DNA from: Octopus sinensis
Taxonomy: Eukaryota
DNA: 64,000 nucleotides
Reading direction: 5' to 3'
Assembly: GCF_006345805.1 (NCBI RefSeq)
Contig: NC_043008.1
Location: forward strand, 38,502,001 to 38,566,000
Position 1 is the stretch's first letter. Every line of letters begins with the position of its first letter. The position numbers and the translations under genes were made by a program. Below, piece by piece: positions 12,485 through 26,399 of this stretch. A model generated the notes under the pieces. It was not told the origin of the DNA and did not search any database. It worked only from the letters and a program-made list of their open reading frames with translations.

Positions 12485-13002
12485 ACATGTAAAAGCAATG
12501 CCAGTGGCACATGAAAGTCACCCACCATACTCTTGTTTGTTTGTTCCTTCTCAAGCCATGCCTGGCTCAATAGGGCCAGTTTCCCAGTTTCCTTGGCCTA
12601 TAGGTTCCCCACCTGGATGGGACACTGGTCTGTCGCAGGTGAGCTGCAAGATGCAGGAGGAAAGAGTGAGAGAAAGTTGTGGTGAAAAAGTCAGCAGAAG
12701 TTTGCCAGTACCTTCTGCCGGAGCTTCGTGGAGCTTAGGTGCTTCACCCATAAACACACACAGCACCCAGTCTGAGAATCAAACTCATGATCCCTCAACC
12801 GTGAGTCCACTGCTCTAACCACTAGGCCATGTGCCTCCACTACCATACTCTTGGAGTGGTTGGCATTAGGAAGGGCATCCAGCTGTAGAAGCCAAACCAA
12901 ATCAGACTGGAGCCTGATACAGCTCTTTGACTTACCAGTTCCAGTCAAACCATCTAACCCATGCCAGCATGGAAAACGGATGCTAAATAATGATGATGAT
13001 GA
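12485..13002 (+). mobile_element. Family B element split by a family C SINE
   Basis: Halves 12485-12535 and 12842-13002 rejoin to the family B sequence. Confidence 0.8.
12536..12841 (-). mobile_element. Full-length family C-type SINE with 12-bp TSD ACCATACTCTTG
   Basis: Minus strand begins GTGGAGGCACATGGCCTAGTGGTTAG; TSD at 12524-12535 and 12842-12853. Confidence 0.9.
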
Positions 13003-13129
13003 ATGAAGATGTAATAGGGTCACAGGTAGGCTAACAGAAAAGAAATACTTTGAATGTAGATAGATGTACAGGATAATTAGCTGTAAAATTAGTCTTTAAT
13101 TAAACTCTTTGAAATACTTTGATGGTTCC

Positions 13130-13715
13130 TAGAAGTTTTGAATTGTTTCAGGTACGTAGATGATCAAATTATCTGTGTTTTGAAAGCTAACCAGGAATGG
13201 TTAGAACATAGAAGATAAAGTTCTGGGAACTGTTACCTCTGTTGACAACAAAAGGTTTTTTTTTACTTCACGTGAAAGCCAAGGTGTGTGATGCCTATAT
13301 GGGAACTGAGATGATGTGTAATAATCAAAAACACTCTGTATCTCAGAGGCTGGAAGAAATGTGATGGACATGCTCAGCAGGATGTGTAATGTTTGTATGC
13401 ATGAACGCAAGAACACAAATAATCTAAGAAAGAAATTTGGTATTAAAGGAATCAGATGTCTTGTACAAGAGAGAAGATTTCACAGATTACAGATATGTGA
13501 TGTTTGTGGAGAAAGAATAAGAGAGAGGTAATAATGGTTTGCCAATAAATCCAAGTGGAAGGACCATTCACAGAAGAAAGACCAAAGGAGACTTGGGAAG
13601 AAGTGATGAAGAAGGATCTGAAGAGGTTAAACCTTGTGAACAAGATGACAAAGGACTGTGACAAATGGTGATATGCTATACGGGAGAAGACTTGTCCAAC
13701 TGACACACGTTTGGT
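13130..13715 (+). pseudogene. Decayed RTE-clade LINE, C-terminal ORF region
   Basis: Broken frames give ELLPLLTTK, LRKKFGIKGIRCLVQERR, RPKETWEEVMKKDLKRLNL, MTKDCDKW; (GAT)n tract follows. Confidence 0.75.
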
Positions 13716-13749
13716 AAAAAAAAAACTGATGTAGAATAATGAATGCAAT

Positions 13750-13999
13750 GGTTGTGATAATGATGATGATCATGATCATGATCATGATGATCATGATAAC
13801 GATGATGATGGTGATGGTAGTGATGGTGGTGGTGGTGGTGGTGGTGATGGTGGTGGTGGGGGTGGTGATGGTGATGGTGGTGATGGTGATGATGATGATA
13901 ACGATGATGATGATAACAATGATGATGATAACGGCGATGATGATAACGATGAGGATGATGATGATAACGATGAGGATGGTGGTGTTGGTGGTGGTGATG

Positions 14000-14054
<55 letters not shown>

Positions 14055-14095
14055 AGTGATGATGACGACGACGACGACGACAATGATAATGATCA
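13750..14095. repeat. Compound (GAT)n/(GGT)n microsatellite
   Basis: Direct reading. Confidence 0.95.
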
Positions 14096-14599
14096 AATAG
14101 AAGAGGAAGGCAAGAATTCTGGTGGTTATATAAACAGTATTAAAATTGAATTACCAGAAACAAAGATTTGCTATACCAAAGAAAATATAAATAAATTAAA
14201 TAAATACAATAAAAACAAACAAAGAAAAACAAACACTATCTCAAAAGAAAAAAGCAAAACAGTGAAACAATTTTTGATTTGAATTCTGACACAATGGATC
14301 GAATCAAAAGTGAGTATGTCATAATAATGAAGAACAAATGATTCAGAATGAGAGAATTTATTTTGGAATATTAGAACTATAATGTGGCTATTCAAGTAGA
14401 ATTGGGGAATAACAAAATAGAAAAAAAAAACACTTCACCAACGTGAAAAATCTAGAAAAAAACATTGAATATCAATCCTTACCTATTAAATCAGTAAAAC
14501 AAGTGAAGTTAATCAGAAAGAAACTTTTCTTCTTCCATATATCGTATCAAGAAAGCAACAAAAATAAAAGACACACTTATCTACATACATTTTATACAT

Positions 14600-14640
14600 T
14601 TACCACACATACATGTGTATGTATATATATATATACATAT

Positions 14641-14683
<43 letters not shown>

Positions 14684-14694
14684 TATATATGCAT

Positions 14695-14726
<32 letters not shown>

Positions 14727-15042
14727 GTATGTATAAATATATATATATATATATATATATAAATATATGTATGTATGTATGTATATATATAAATACACAC
14801 ACACACATACATATAGATATATATATGTGTGTGTGTGTGTATGTATGTATGGATGTATATGTATATATTGTTTCAAATTTGTGTGAATGCGTATAGAATA
14901 ATATCTATATCTATCTATCTATCTATATATAGAGAGAGAGAAAGAGAGACAGAGAGAGAGGTAATAGATAGATATTGATGTATGTAAGTATGTATACATA
15001 CCCACACAAATATATATATACACGTATACATATATATATGTG

Positions 15043-15090
<48 letters not shown>

Positions 15091-15620
15091 CATATGCATG
15101 CACATATATGCAGATAAATAGATACAGAGATATTGAAGAAAGTATGTATATGAGTATATGTGTGTCTGTGTGTGTGTATTTGTGTGTAAGCATATAGACA
15201 TATATACCTATTATTGACATCCATAAATCTATTTTGTAAATATATATATGCTGTATGTATATTGTACATACATTGATATAGAATATGTACACATTTACAT
15301 ATACATACTACATAGTAAATAGAAATATACATCTATATATGTGAGTGTGTATATGTATGCATGTACATATGTATATATATAAAGAATATGTGTATATATT
15401 TATATATATGTATATATATTTATATGTATATAAATCTGTATGTATACATGTGTGTGTGTATATACATATATATAGAGAGAGAGGTATATAGATACAGATA
15501 TATACATGTAGATTTATATATATAAATATGTATGTATATATAAGTATAGGTATATAGATACAGATATATACATGTAGATTTATATATATAAATATGTATG
15601 TATATATAAGTATACATATT
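14600..15620. repeat. TA/TG/GA low-complexity field including a 66-bp tandem duplication (15483-15614)
   Basis: Direct reading. Confidence 0.9.
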
Positions 15621-16064
15621 GTCTTTGTTTAATATTCGTATGAAAGTTTCTTATCTAATAAAATAGGCCCAGTCATGTATTGTCTACTGTAATATTCAAT
15701 TGTTTCTAGTCCCATTCTGATCATATTGTGAATAATACAACAATTGAAGTCATAAATTATTATTTTCAGCCAAAATATTTCCTAAGATTTCATTTACAAT
15801 TATATGTATATATTTTATATATCTTTTATTATTTTTCTGTTAAAGATATAATTCTGCTTCGGCAAAATTATCATTTATTTGTGGTGTAAATTTTACCTCC
15901 TATATGACTACAGACGACTTCACATAAATATAGAAACACTAACCAGTCGAAATTGACAGTGTGGATAGCTACTCCTACATAGAACTTTGAGGTCAGTAGT
16001 TTGTGTCTTGCTATTGGCACTGGATGGGGTCAAAGACTAATATAAAAAGCTATTATATAGTTCA

Positions 16065-16282
16065 GTGGAGGTGCGTGGCTTAGTGGTTAGTGTGTCAGCA
16101 CCATGATTGCAAGATTGTGGTTTCAATTCCTGGGCCGGGCGACGCGTTGTTTTCTTGAGCAAAACACTTCATTTCATGTTGCTCCAATCCACTCAACTGA
16201 CAAAAATGAGTAACGCTGTGATGTACCACGATCCTCTGACTGTGAGTTCACTGTCCTAACCACTGGGCCATTGCACCTCCAC
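16065..16282. mobile_element. Family C SINE head+core (+) joined to an inverted family C head (-)
   Basis: Starts GTGGAGGTGC...AGTGGTTAG and ends CTAACCACT...GCACCTCCAC. Confidence 0.75.
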
Positions 16283-17445
16283 CCTTGTATCATATTACTG
16301 GGAAGAAACAAATGCTACATTGCTCTTTGAAAGCTAAAGTTGAAAAATTCATAAAATCATTTTTCTTTGAGGAATTTCAAGCCTACCTGTTAGAAGTAAT
16401 GAGAATATAGAGGCTTGCACTGCCCACATATATTACAGGTATTTGTTATATCTCAATCCAGAAGGAATGAATCCAGTCCTGTCTAGATTTGAATGCAGAA
16501 TGTAAAAAGCTAAAATTAGTCCCAAATTAGCCCAGGTTAATCAGACTTATGGTCAAAGACATTCCAATTATGACCATCCAAATCTGATTTTTTTTTTTTG
16601 AAGAGAGAGATCCTATGCATAATTGCTCAATCTGCAAAAAATATAGCCAAATTACTCTTAAATACCATTTAGTTTTGCTAAATTACTGCTTATTACCACT
16701 AACTCTCTCACACAAATCACAGCCAAGAATTTTGCATGCTTTTTGTTATTTATTTAAATGTTCTTTTTTTTTATCTTTTCAAAAGATTTCTCCTGAAATA
16801 TCATCACAGAATAAAACTAATTCTTAAGAGTTTAAGAATACTTTGGAAATTCTTTTGAGTTTTCATTTCTTTTCTAATCAGCAGTTAATTCTTTTATGTT
16901 AAATATTTTGTTTTATCAGAAGAAAATAAACAGAAAAAAAAAATGAAACAAAAATAAAAAAAAAACATTTATTTGCTTGATTTTGTTTTTGCTTTGGAAA
17001 CTGTATCATGCTATAAAGACCAACTCACTGCTAATTTTCAAAAAGATTATTACTTTCAGACAAACTAAAAATAACGCGGTAAAAATATCTAAAATTACTT
17101 GTTCCTTGAAAAGATAATAACGTGGATTAGACTAATTTTCAATGTTTATACACATCTTTATTTTATTTTATTTCTTTTGTACAGTAGCTAAAGAGCAGAG
17201 TTCAGTAGGAAAATTTATGGTTATATACAGGATATTATTAACTGATTTGTTTATACTATTTAGTTTGTTGTTATGAGACCTGACTGGTTAAAAGTTCACA
17301 GAGAGCAATAACACATTAATGTAATAAAATAAACTAGAGAATCGTTTTAGATTACTATAATGGTAAACGAAAAATACATAAAATATATACATGCATACGC
17401 ACATGCATCTATCTATTTATCTATCTATATATCTGTCTATCTATC

Positions 17446-17476
<31 letters not shown>

Positions 17477-17514
17477 CTGTCTAATCTAAATCTGTCTCTC
17501 TGAGTCTGTCTCTT

Positions 17515-17548
<34 letters not shown>

Positions 17549-18089
17549 GAAACAGTCTGTTAATGAAAATGCTTTTTACTTAAAGGGTGCCAACACCTGG
17601 AAACTAACAACATTTTAAATATTGAGATAAGTCTCATCTTTAACTCCCTTGTTTACAACGTATCCTGTAACCAAGATAGCAACCAGAAATGGAATATTTG
17701 GCAGCATTTACCACTAATAATTATGAACGTGTTTGGTAACCTTGAGACATTCTTATATTGATTTCTAATAAAGTAACGAGGTTTCAGATACATAAGCATT
17801 TGGTAAAATAGGTTGTGTGATGTTCATACCTTTCTTGGCACATAAATGAGACAGATATTGGAATTATAGAGCAAACATGGTTTAGTGAAGAAAAGAAAAG
17901 ACAATGTTTGCAAAGTTTGAAATGAGAATATAGAGGGGGAAGATATCTAAATGGTACTTGATTCACTTAACTGTTACCTTGATCTCTATTCTGATTTCTT
18001 ATATAGATACACATTGTTAGTTATTTAGGGATCTGGGTTAAAGGATATTTTGACATTCAGCTTTGTAACAATATTACAAATACATATAA

Positions 18090-18445
18090 GACAGCAACCT
18101 GGTAGAATTGTTAGCACAGTGGGTGAAATGCTTCCTGACATTTCGTCTGTCTTTATGTTCTCAGTTCACATTCCATTGACATGTTGACTTTGCCTTTCAT
18201 CCTTCCAGGGTTGATAAAATAAGTACCAGTTGAGCAACGGGGTCAATGTAATCGACATACCACTCTCCCAAAAATTGCTGGCCTTGTGCTAAAATTAAAA
18301 ACCAATATTTACAGACATACATAAATTCTTTCTCCTCTAGGTACAAGGCCTGAAATATTGTAGGGAGGGGCCAATCCATTACATCTCCTGCAGTGCCCAA
18401 CTGATGTTTATTTTATAGACCCTGAAAGGATGAAAGGCAAAGATA
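18090..18445. mobile_element. Tail-to-tail pair of SINE family D copies (18090-18305 +, 18330-18445 -)
   Basis: TTTGCCTTTCATCCTT..GGGTTGATAAAATAAGTACCAGTT core and its reverse complement; core resembles the Meta/MESC SINE domain as recalled. Confidence 0.8.
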
Positions 18446-18665
18446 AATGGAAAGAAGTTAAATTTCTCCATTGTTATTTGAAATGATTGGTCATTATTCC
18501 CAGAACATTTCCTATACAACAAATTTACGAGTCTTTACTAAACATAGTGGAAGGTCTGTAATGGGACTTGAACATATAAACTGGGAGACTGAAATCATAT
18601 CAACTGGGTCTTTTTACTTCTTTATGAGGAAAATAAATATAAAAATATAATATTGTCATTGTATA

Positions 18666-18825
18666 CTGTCAACTTAATGTGACAGTCCCATAAAGGGAAT
18701 CACACCACCACTATTTAGCCCTAGGAAGCATCAACACTTCCTGTCAGCCTTGACACATTTCCTGTGTCCTTATGTTGTAGCGGTGGTGTGATTCCCTTTA
18801 TGGGACTGTCACGTTAAGTTGACTG
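18666..18825. mobile_element. 160-bp Tc1/mariner-type MITE with about 48-bp TIRs and TA TSD
   Basis: CTGTCAACTTAATGTGACAGTCCCATAAAGGGAATCACACCACCACTA versus reverse complement of right end, 3 mismatches; TA on both sides. Confidence 0.9.
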
Positions 18826-21523
18826 TATACAACTGCTTTATCATTCCACCACTGCTTATATCTCTCTGAGATATTTAGAAATTTAATATTTCTATTTTTT
18901 ATTGTTTATAATATTGTCATATTACTGGAAAATAACCTAACATTTGTAAAACTTGTGATGTCAAAGGAACATGAAAATAATGTTACGAATGAAATATATC
19001 AACTGAAAAAAAGTGACAGACGTGAGTTAAGGAAAAAAGCTTCACTAAGAATTGAAATCACAATACTAATACAAATTTCCAAGTATGTACCGCTTCTCAA
19101 CAGTATTGGCAACTTATTTGCATTAATCTATAGCATTTCTATATTTTGCTCACCAACTGTTTACTTCTTGTCTCGGTAAGAGCAAAAGGTTATTTTCATG
19201 AATCACACAAGTCTCACCTTTAATGAGGAGAAAATGAAATTTTATAACATTTATGATTATCCATAACATGTTTGTTATCAGTAGTACTCAATACTTTATA
19301 AATAAGCAATAGACAAACATTAATAATTAATGAGATGAATGGAGTTATATAATTAGAGATGTAATTAACTGATATAATTGATAAAATTAAACTCTCATGC
19401 TAAACGATACTAGTTGTATGATTATTGATATGGATATCAATGTAATGTGAATCCAATAACCTCTTCACTCACAGAGGAACCTCTAAAAACTTTCTCTTCA
19501 TATAATATATCTAGTGTTAGTCAGCGTGTCAAAGCCCATTCTTCTCCAAGCTAGAGCAACAGAAAGAATTGATCTTAGCATTGCAAATTAATCAAATGCT
19601 GATGTGTGAAGAGCTCTTTAATTAACTACAGCGGTAAACTATTCCACCACGTGGTACCAGTTTATATCTACATGGTACCCATTTATATCTACATGTTACA
19701 AAACGTAATGTACCTTAGGTCCATGCACATGTTGTTGTGGCTGTAATAATACATGAAAATAAATTCAGACAGTTGTCCTTCAACTTATAGACTCAGACAC
19801 CTATGAAACTCACTCTAACGTGCAAACAAACATCCACAAGATAGTAAAGGTGTTGACTTTTGATCACAACACACTGGATTGGCCAACCAGCAACAATGCT
19901 TTTCTCTAAACACTAGGATTTTTTTCCTTTGTAATATTTGATAAGGGGAACCTTTCCCGAAATATTATTAAAGCATTGAACCTATGTAAAGTAGTACAAC
20001 ATTTCTTTTCATTTCCATTATTGACAGTACCTTACATATTTTGTAAAACTTCTCATATGTATTGCTTATAGTTTTTATAGACATTTGTATTATTGACATA
20101 ATGTAATACTATACCCTGCAATACTAGCAAATTACAATACTCTGATGAAGTCATTATTTGAAATCTCGTTTCAAAATCTGTTACACAGCTCCCTGTTGAT
20201 TAATACTAGTTGCCTTTGATGAGGTGAATTAAAGTTAAATCTCTCATTAGATAAGACACCAATCTCCTAATCACTAATGGCATTGCAAATATAAACTACT
20301 CCTCTACTCAGACAATTAAGTGGATAGAATTCTCAGAGCAAGAAGAATTGACTCACTCAAAGCAAAACAACTGAAATTCTTGGAATGGAATGGAATTTTC
20401 AAGATCCAATCAGATGCTTTGCAATGGCATTCAAACCCCGCTAATCATTTCTTCAGCTCTAGTTAGGTTTTGTAGGATGAAAGGTGGAAACTGGAGTTCA
20501 GTCACTTTCAAACATGTCCTGAACAAAACATTGACAGTAAGAGGTCACACCAATCTCACCCAGTCAATACTAGATAATAATAGGATATACATACATGAAT
20601 ATATACATTATATATATACATACATACATTTGCATATATGTTCATAAATATATATATATATGCATACATATATATATATATATACATATATATATGTATA
20701 CATATATAATACATGCATATACACACACACACAGAAATGCATATATATGCATGCATGTACATATACATATATATACATCTGTGTATATATATGCATGTGT
20801 GTGTATATATATATATATATACATACACATACATATATATATATTTACATGCACAGGTATATACATATATATATAGGTATATGTTTATATACCTGTATAC
20901 ACATAATTGTGTGTGTATCTGTGTGTGTACATGCATGGAAGTTTGTATGCATAAAAACTTACTTGTATTTATCTATATGCACAAATACTCACACACACAC
21001 ACACATACACATACACACACACACATTAGAGTTGAAAATGAGTAAGAAGGGTTAAACAGAAGAAAAGATATAGAATGAAACTATAAGCAGAAGAAACAAT
21101 GTATCCCAGTTATGTTAAAGATCAAAAGGTGATTAGACAGTTTAGGTATTATTGGTTTAGATCGGTAAAGAGAGACAGATTGATTTATAAATAATTCACA
21201 CCTTTTCTCTAGATAATAGTGTCTGTGTACATTGGCTAACAGTGGAATGTGTTGTCTTGGTGCTATATCTTCATCTACTCTGCTATTAGAAGTAATTTAG
21301 CTCGTCCTTCAGTAAATTGACTAGTAAATAATAAAGGGAGAAAGGTCTCAGCTTTGTATTATTGCTTAATATCATGTGTGTGTGTGTGTGTGTGTGTGTG
21401 TGAGTGTGTGTGTGTGTCATATACGTCTATACCTAACTAGATATATATACATATATATATGTATATGTATATAAATATATAGTTATATGTGTATGCCTAT
21501 ATGTACATATCTATAGTTCTCTA

Positions 21524-21565
<42 letters not shown>

Positions 21566-22561
21566 CATACACATATATATATACATACATATATATATAT
21601 ATATTATATATATATGTATATATATATGTATATATATATGTATATATATATATGTACAAACATACATATACACATATAAATACATATATATAGTCACATG
21701 CCATGCATCAGTGATTATGAAGTTCTAAACCAAAGTCTGAAGAATCCGCATTTTTTGGGGAAATCACAAAACTGTTTTCCTGTTGCCCTCTATCAGTTTA
21801 TTTACTCTGCTTGTTTCTTGTTCTCTCAAGTCTACCTTGAGGAACAGGACCTATTTAATCTTTTTACAAGGATACCGATTCAAATGGCAAGAGAACATGA
21901 ATTGTATATATATATATATATATATATATACATAATATAAAAATGCTTATTGTGCCACATGGAAAATTGACAAAAAGGTAATAGTTTTGCCCCACTTTTA
22001 TATACACCCCAGATCTCTTAATTTATTACAGCTATTCTCACAAAATTTGTGAAAAATAAAATCTTCACAATTATTAGCTCTACAATGGACCTGGTTGATG
22101 TCAACAACAATAGTGAACATGTGTGTTATGAGTTATAAAATCTAGTATTAGTTATTCAAAACTCTTCATTTGGTTTTCTTAAGAAATTACTATATAAAAC
22201 CAGTTAAATGAATATAAGGCCAAAACCCAACCAAAGTTATATAAACTACACAATATCAGGCATCTTTCATTGTCAGAAATAAAAAAATAAAATAAAATAA
22301 AAATATATGTCTGTTTGAGATCTCAAGTTTGAATTCACCTCTCTTGACAACAGACAAGTTTCTGAAAAGATCAGAATCCAGTCAAAAGTTGCCATAGAAT
22401 CTAGCGATAACAATAATAATAGACCACTGTCACTAACAAATGACCCAACAGAAACAAGCTACAAACTACTGTTTTCTTTTTTTAATTTATTTCCTTGTTT
22501 TATTAAAAAGAAAAAAATATTATTAATAATAATAATAATAATAATAACAATAATAATAATA

Positions 22562-22598
<37 letters not shown>

Positions 22599-22599
<1 letters not shown>

Positions 22600-23029
22600 T
22601 GTTTCAAAGCTGAATTTACAGACAGTTCTGCAAAATTCTCTAAAACTAATATTGGAGAGAGAAAGGAAAAAAAAAAAGTGATGTTATTAAAGAAATTGTT
22701 GGAAAATAACCAAGCATTGTCATACTAAAAGCAAATTACGATTCTGCTAACGACCTTTTGAAAACAATAGGTAATAATAATAAGAAGAAGGATAATAATA
22801 ATAATAATAATAATAATAAAATAATAATAATAATAATTGTTTCAAAGCTGAATTTACAGACAGTTCTGCAAAATTCTCTAAAACTAATATTGGAGAGAGA
22901 AAGGAAAAAAAAAAAGTGATGTTATTAAAGAAATTGTTGGAAAATAACCAAGCATTGTCATACTAAAAGCAAATTACGATTCTGCTAACGACCTTTTGAA
23001 AACAATAGGTAATAATAATAAGAAGAAGG

Positions 23030-23062
<33 letters not shown>

Positions 23063-23075
23063 TAATAATAATAAT
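22599..23075 (+). repeat. Near-identical tandem duplication, period 238 bp, junctions in (AAT)n
   Basis: GTTTCAAAGCTGAATTTACAG begins at 22601 and 22839. Confidence 0.95.
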
Positions 23076-23740
23076 AATAACAATAATAATAATAGTAATA
23101 ATAATAATAATGATAATAATAATACTAACAATAACAATAATAATGAAACATACTGGAATATCAGTAGCACTTACTTTATTCTTTAATCTGAGAAAGAAGA
23201 GCAATGTTTATATCCCTTCCAGATATTAAAAGATTAAGGATAGAAAGTGCTGTATATGGTTAATATGACTGAAGTTTAGTTTGAATAATTTTACATCAGT
23301 CTGCGGGGAGGTGGAGGTAAACTATAGGGTGTGTGTGGAATGAAGCTTCATTGGATGTTGTTCTGGGTTGCTGAGAGAGAAGGTTTGTATACGCATTACA
23401 CGAGGGATACAAGCAGTTTGTGATGGAGTTTATGAATGCTCATAATTTTTCAGAGGAGCAGAGATCATTATAGAGAAATATAGGATGTTGCAGATATCAG
23501 TCTATGAGAATAAAAAGAAACATGGCACTATATGAAGATACGTGGTTTCATGGTTAAGGGAGAGGGCTTTAAATCGTTAGCTTAATTCCTTAAGTTGACA
23601 GAATATCATTTCACTTCATATTGCTCTGCTCAGTTCATTCAACTGAAAATCAATTCCTTTGGTAGCCATGGATTTACGCTTCTATGAACTATCATCCTAT
23701 TTATGAGGATCCCTTATGCTCTGAGTTGCTTAATCCTTAG

Positions 23741-23950
23741 CCCTTTAGTATTTAAACCAGCCATATCCGGCCAAAATATTTAACCTGTTTTATGTTCAAA
23801 CTGACCAGATCCAGGCTCTCACACCTACCCTACAATGCTATTATACATTAAGTAATTACACTATCAAGATCTTGAAGATATTATGATTAATTCAAATCAA
23901 TGTGAATCAATAAACATTATGTTTGATAGAATAATCTGAACACTAAAGGA
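23741..23950 (+). mobile_element. piggyBac-like MITE, family 1
   Basis: Ends CCCTTTAGT / CACTAAAGGA with TTAG and TTAA flanks; inverted partial copy at 24030-24198 and another at 54162-54803. Confidence 0.75.
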
Positions 23951-24617
23951 TTAAATATTCAGGTTACTTGCAATATGTAATATTTATTCCTTCATATTGT
24001 TTCAAAATTTAATTTAAATTTTTTAAAAATTAGTCATTATCTTGTAGCTTTGAAATGTTGATGATGTGATTGTATACATTTTTGAATAGCATTGTAGGGT
24101 AGGTGTGAAAAGCCATATATGGCTGGTTTGAATACAAAACAAGAAGAATATTTTGTGCCAGATATGACCAGTATATGATATCTAACTCTAAAGAATTAAA
24201 TATCATAAAGGCAAGGAAAAGCTCCTACCTACTGAGCCTCTAGGATCAAGGAAAACCTTAATGTTTTGATTCGCTCACTCTATAATTCACTCACCAGTTA
24301 CCAAGAAAATGATTATTGATACAACCGTTGAACTTTTTCATTATATAATCAAATATTTGGATTTTATCAGTAAGTGTACAGTGAATAGTAATTTCATGTT
24401 TGAACAAGTTTTGTTATTGTTGCTGGTGTTGTTTTCTTTATTTTTATCTGTTTCACATCACTGACAAGTCTATAGGGAGTCTGAACAGTTGATGAGAGTG
24501 TTGATTCAGAAATTCTTGAAAGAAAAATAGGAATAATTTCCCGCTGCTCAATCTATAAGTAAACTTGAAACTGACACCCCTTCATTAGACTAAATAATTG
24601 CAATAACAATAATAATG

Positions 24618-24679
<62 letters not shown>

Positions 24680-24684
<5 letters not shown>

Positions 24685-24898
24685 TATTCAACCAAATACA
24701 TAACAAAAAACACCAGGACTTACAAACACATATAACATACAGAAAATTGCACTACTAGGCACTGCACACATCCGATGCAGAACACTCTCCATACAATAAC
24801 CATCAGAGCATCACAACAAATCACAGCACATACCCAAGGCACACAGAGCTGCGCTCGGTAGTGAAGTGAAAGCATGCTATAAAAAATATACTACTGAA
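24680..24898 (+). mobile_element. 3' end of R4/Dong-like non-LTR element inside (TAA)n
   Basis: Translates TPGLTNTYNIQKIALLGTAHIRCRTLSIQ* then 3' UTR; (AAT)n on both flanks. Confidence 0.8.
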
Positions 24899-24927
24899 TA
24901 ATAATGATAATAATAATAATAATAATG

Positions 24928-24980
<53 letters not shown>

Positions 24981-25737
24981 AATAGGAGACCTCTGAATTC
25001 ATATATAGTCATAAATGTGGCTGTATGGTATGAAGGTTTCCTCTCAACCACATGGTTTCAAGTTCAGTCGTACTGTGTGGAAAACTGGACAAGTGTCCTC
25101 TACTATAGCTCCAGGCTGGCCTAAATTTGTGAAAGGATTTATTAGACTGACACTGAAAGAAGCCCATCATGTGTGTGTGTGTGTGCTACTGTCTCCTTAC
25201 TTTCACATCATGCAATAGTTGTAAACGAATGCTACCATCAAGCAAAGGGTGGCCTTCATTCCTAATATTCTGTGGGAACATGTTTGACTATAGGTAATAT
25301 TACTTTGCTTGGAAACACATGTGGGTTGGCTTCAAAAAATGTATCCAGCCATAGAAGATCCACCTCAGTGCATTGTCTTCTTGAGCAGAACTCTTCATTT
25401 CACCTTGCACCAGTCCACACAGATGGCAAAAAGGAGTAATCCTGTCACTGACCAGTGTCCTGTCCAGCAGGGGAAATATATGCACTGCAGAATCTGGGAA
25501 AACAACCTCACGAGCCTATTGATCAGGTATGATCTTTGATCCTTTTTAACTTAATCTTTTACATCTGGTACTTATGACAATGGTTTCTTTCCTTGATTCC
25601 GTAAGTGATGGGTTCATAAAGAAATCAACACTGGTTCTCAAGTAGTGTGGATGAAGAATCACTCACACGGACTTACACACATACGCATATACATGCATGC
25701 GCACATACATACATATACATATATATATATGTGTGTG

Positions 25738-25782
<45 letters not shown>

Positions 25783-26399
25783 TAATTGCTTCCACACAGT
25801 TTCTGTCTACCAAATTCATTCACAAGGCATTAGCCATCCTGGGGCTATTGTAGAAGGCACTTGTCCAAGGTGCTGTGCTGAGTGATTCAATCTGACATTA
25901 CATGGCTGCAAATCAATTTATCCATTTACTTGAAATACATCCACACCAAACACACACACACACACACACAAATGCTAAATCAAGTTCTTGTGGTATCAGT
26001 GTTTGTAAGAATAAATATCAGCGGTGATATCCGACCCCATGACCAATATCGCAAGTTAATTTCACAACTAGTAGAGCAAACGAGAAGCAGTGAGCAGTTT
26101 AGAAAAGCTAAAATAGAGTATAAAGAAACAAAAAAGAAAACAAAAACAAAACAAGTCAGAAAAATAAGCAATTCCAAAGTCAGGAATTTATGAGTTTCAT
26201 ATTAGGTGTAAAACATGGAATAAGAATTGCCTCACAAGAATCTTCCTTGATGCATGTTACACGATGTGTAACTCTTGGAAATTGTATTCAGAAATGGAGT
26301 TTCTGTAGATTCTGAGATTAGTTGGAAGGACAGAAATAAAAATTCGGCAAAAATTGTTGCAAGGAAATGTATGCACATGCACAAGCTCACATGAATATA

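Noticed and set aside
23290-23470. Possible Penelope ORF remnant (also about 53110-53200)
   Set aside because: Only vague similarity, no diagnostic motif
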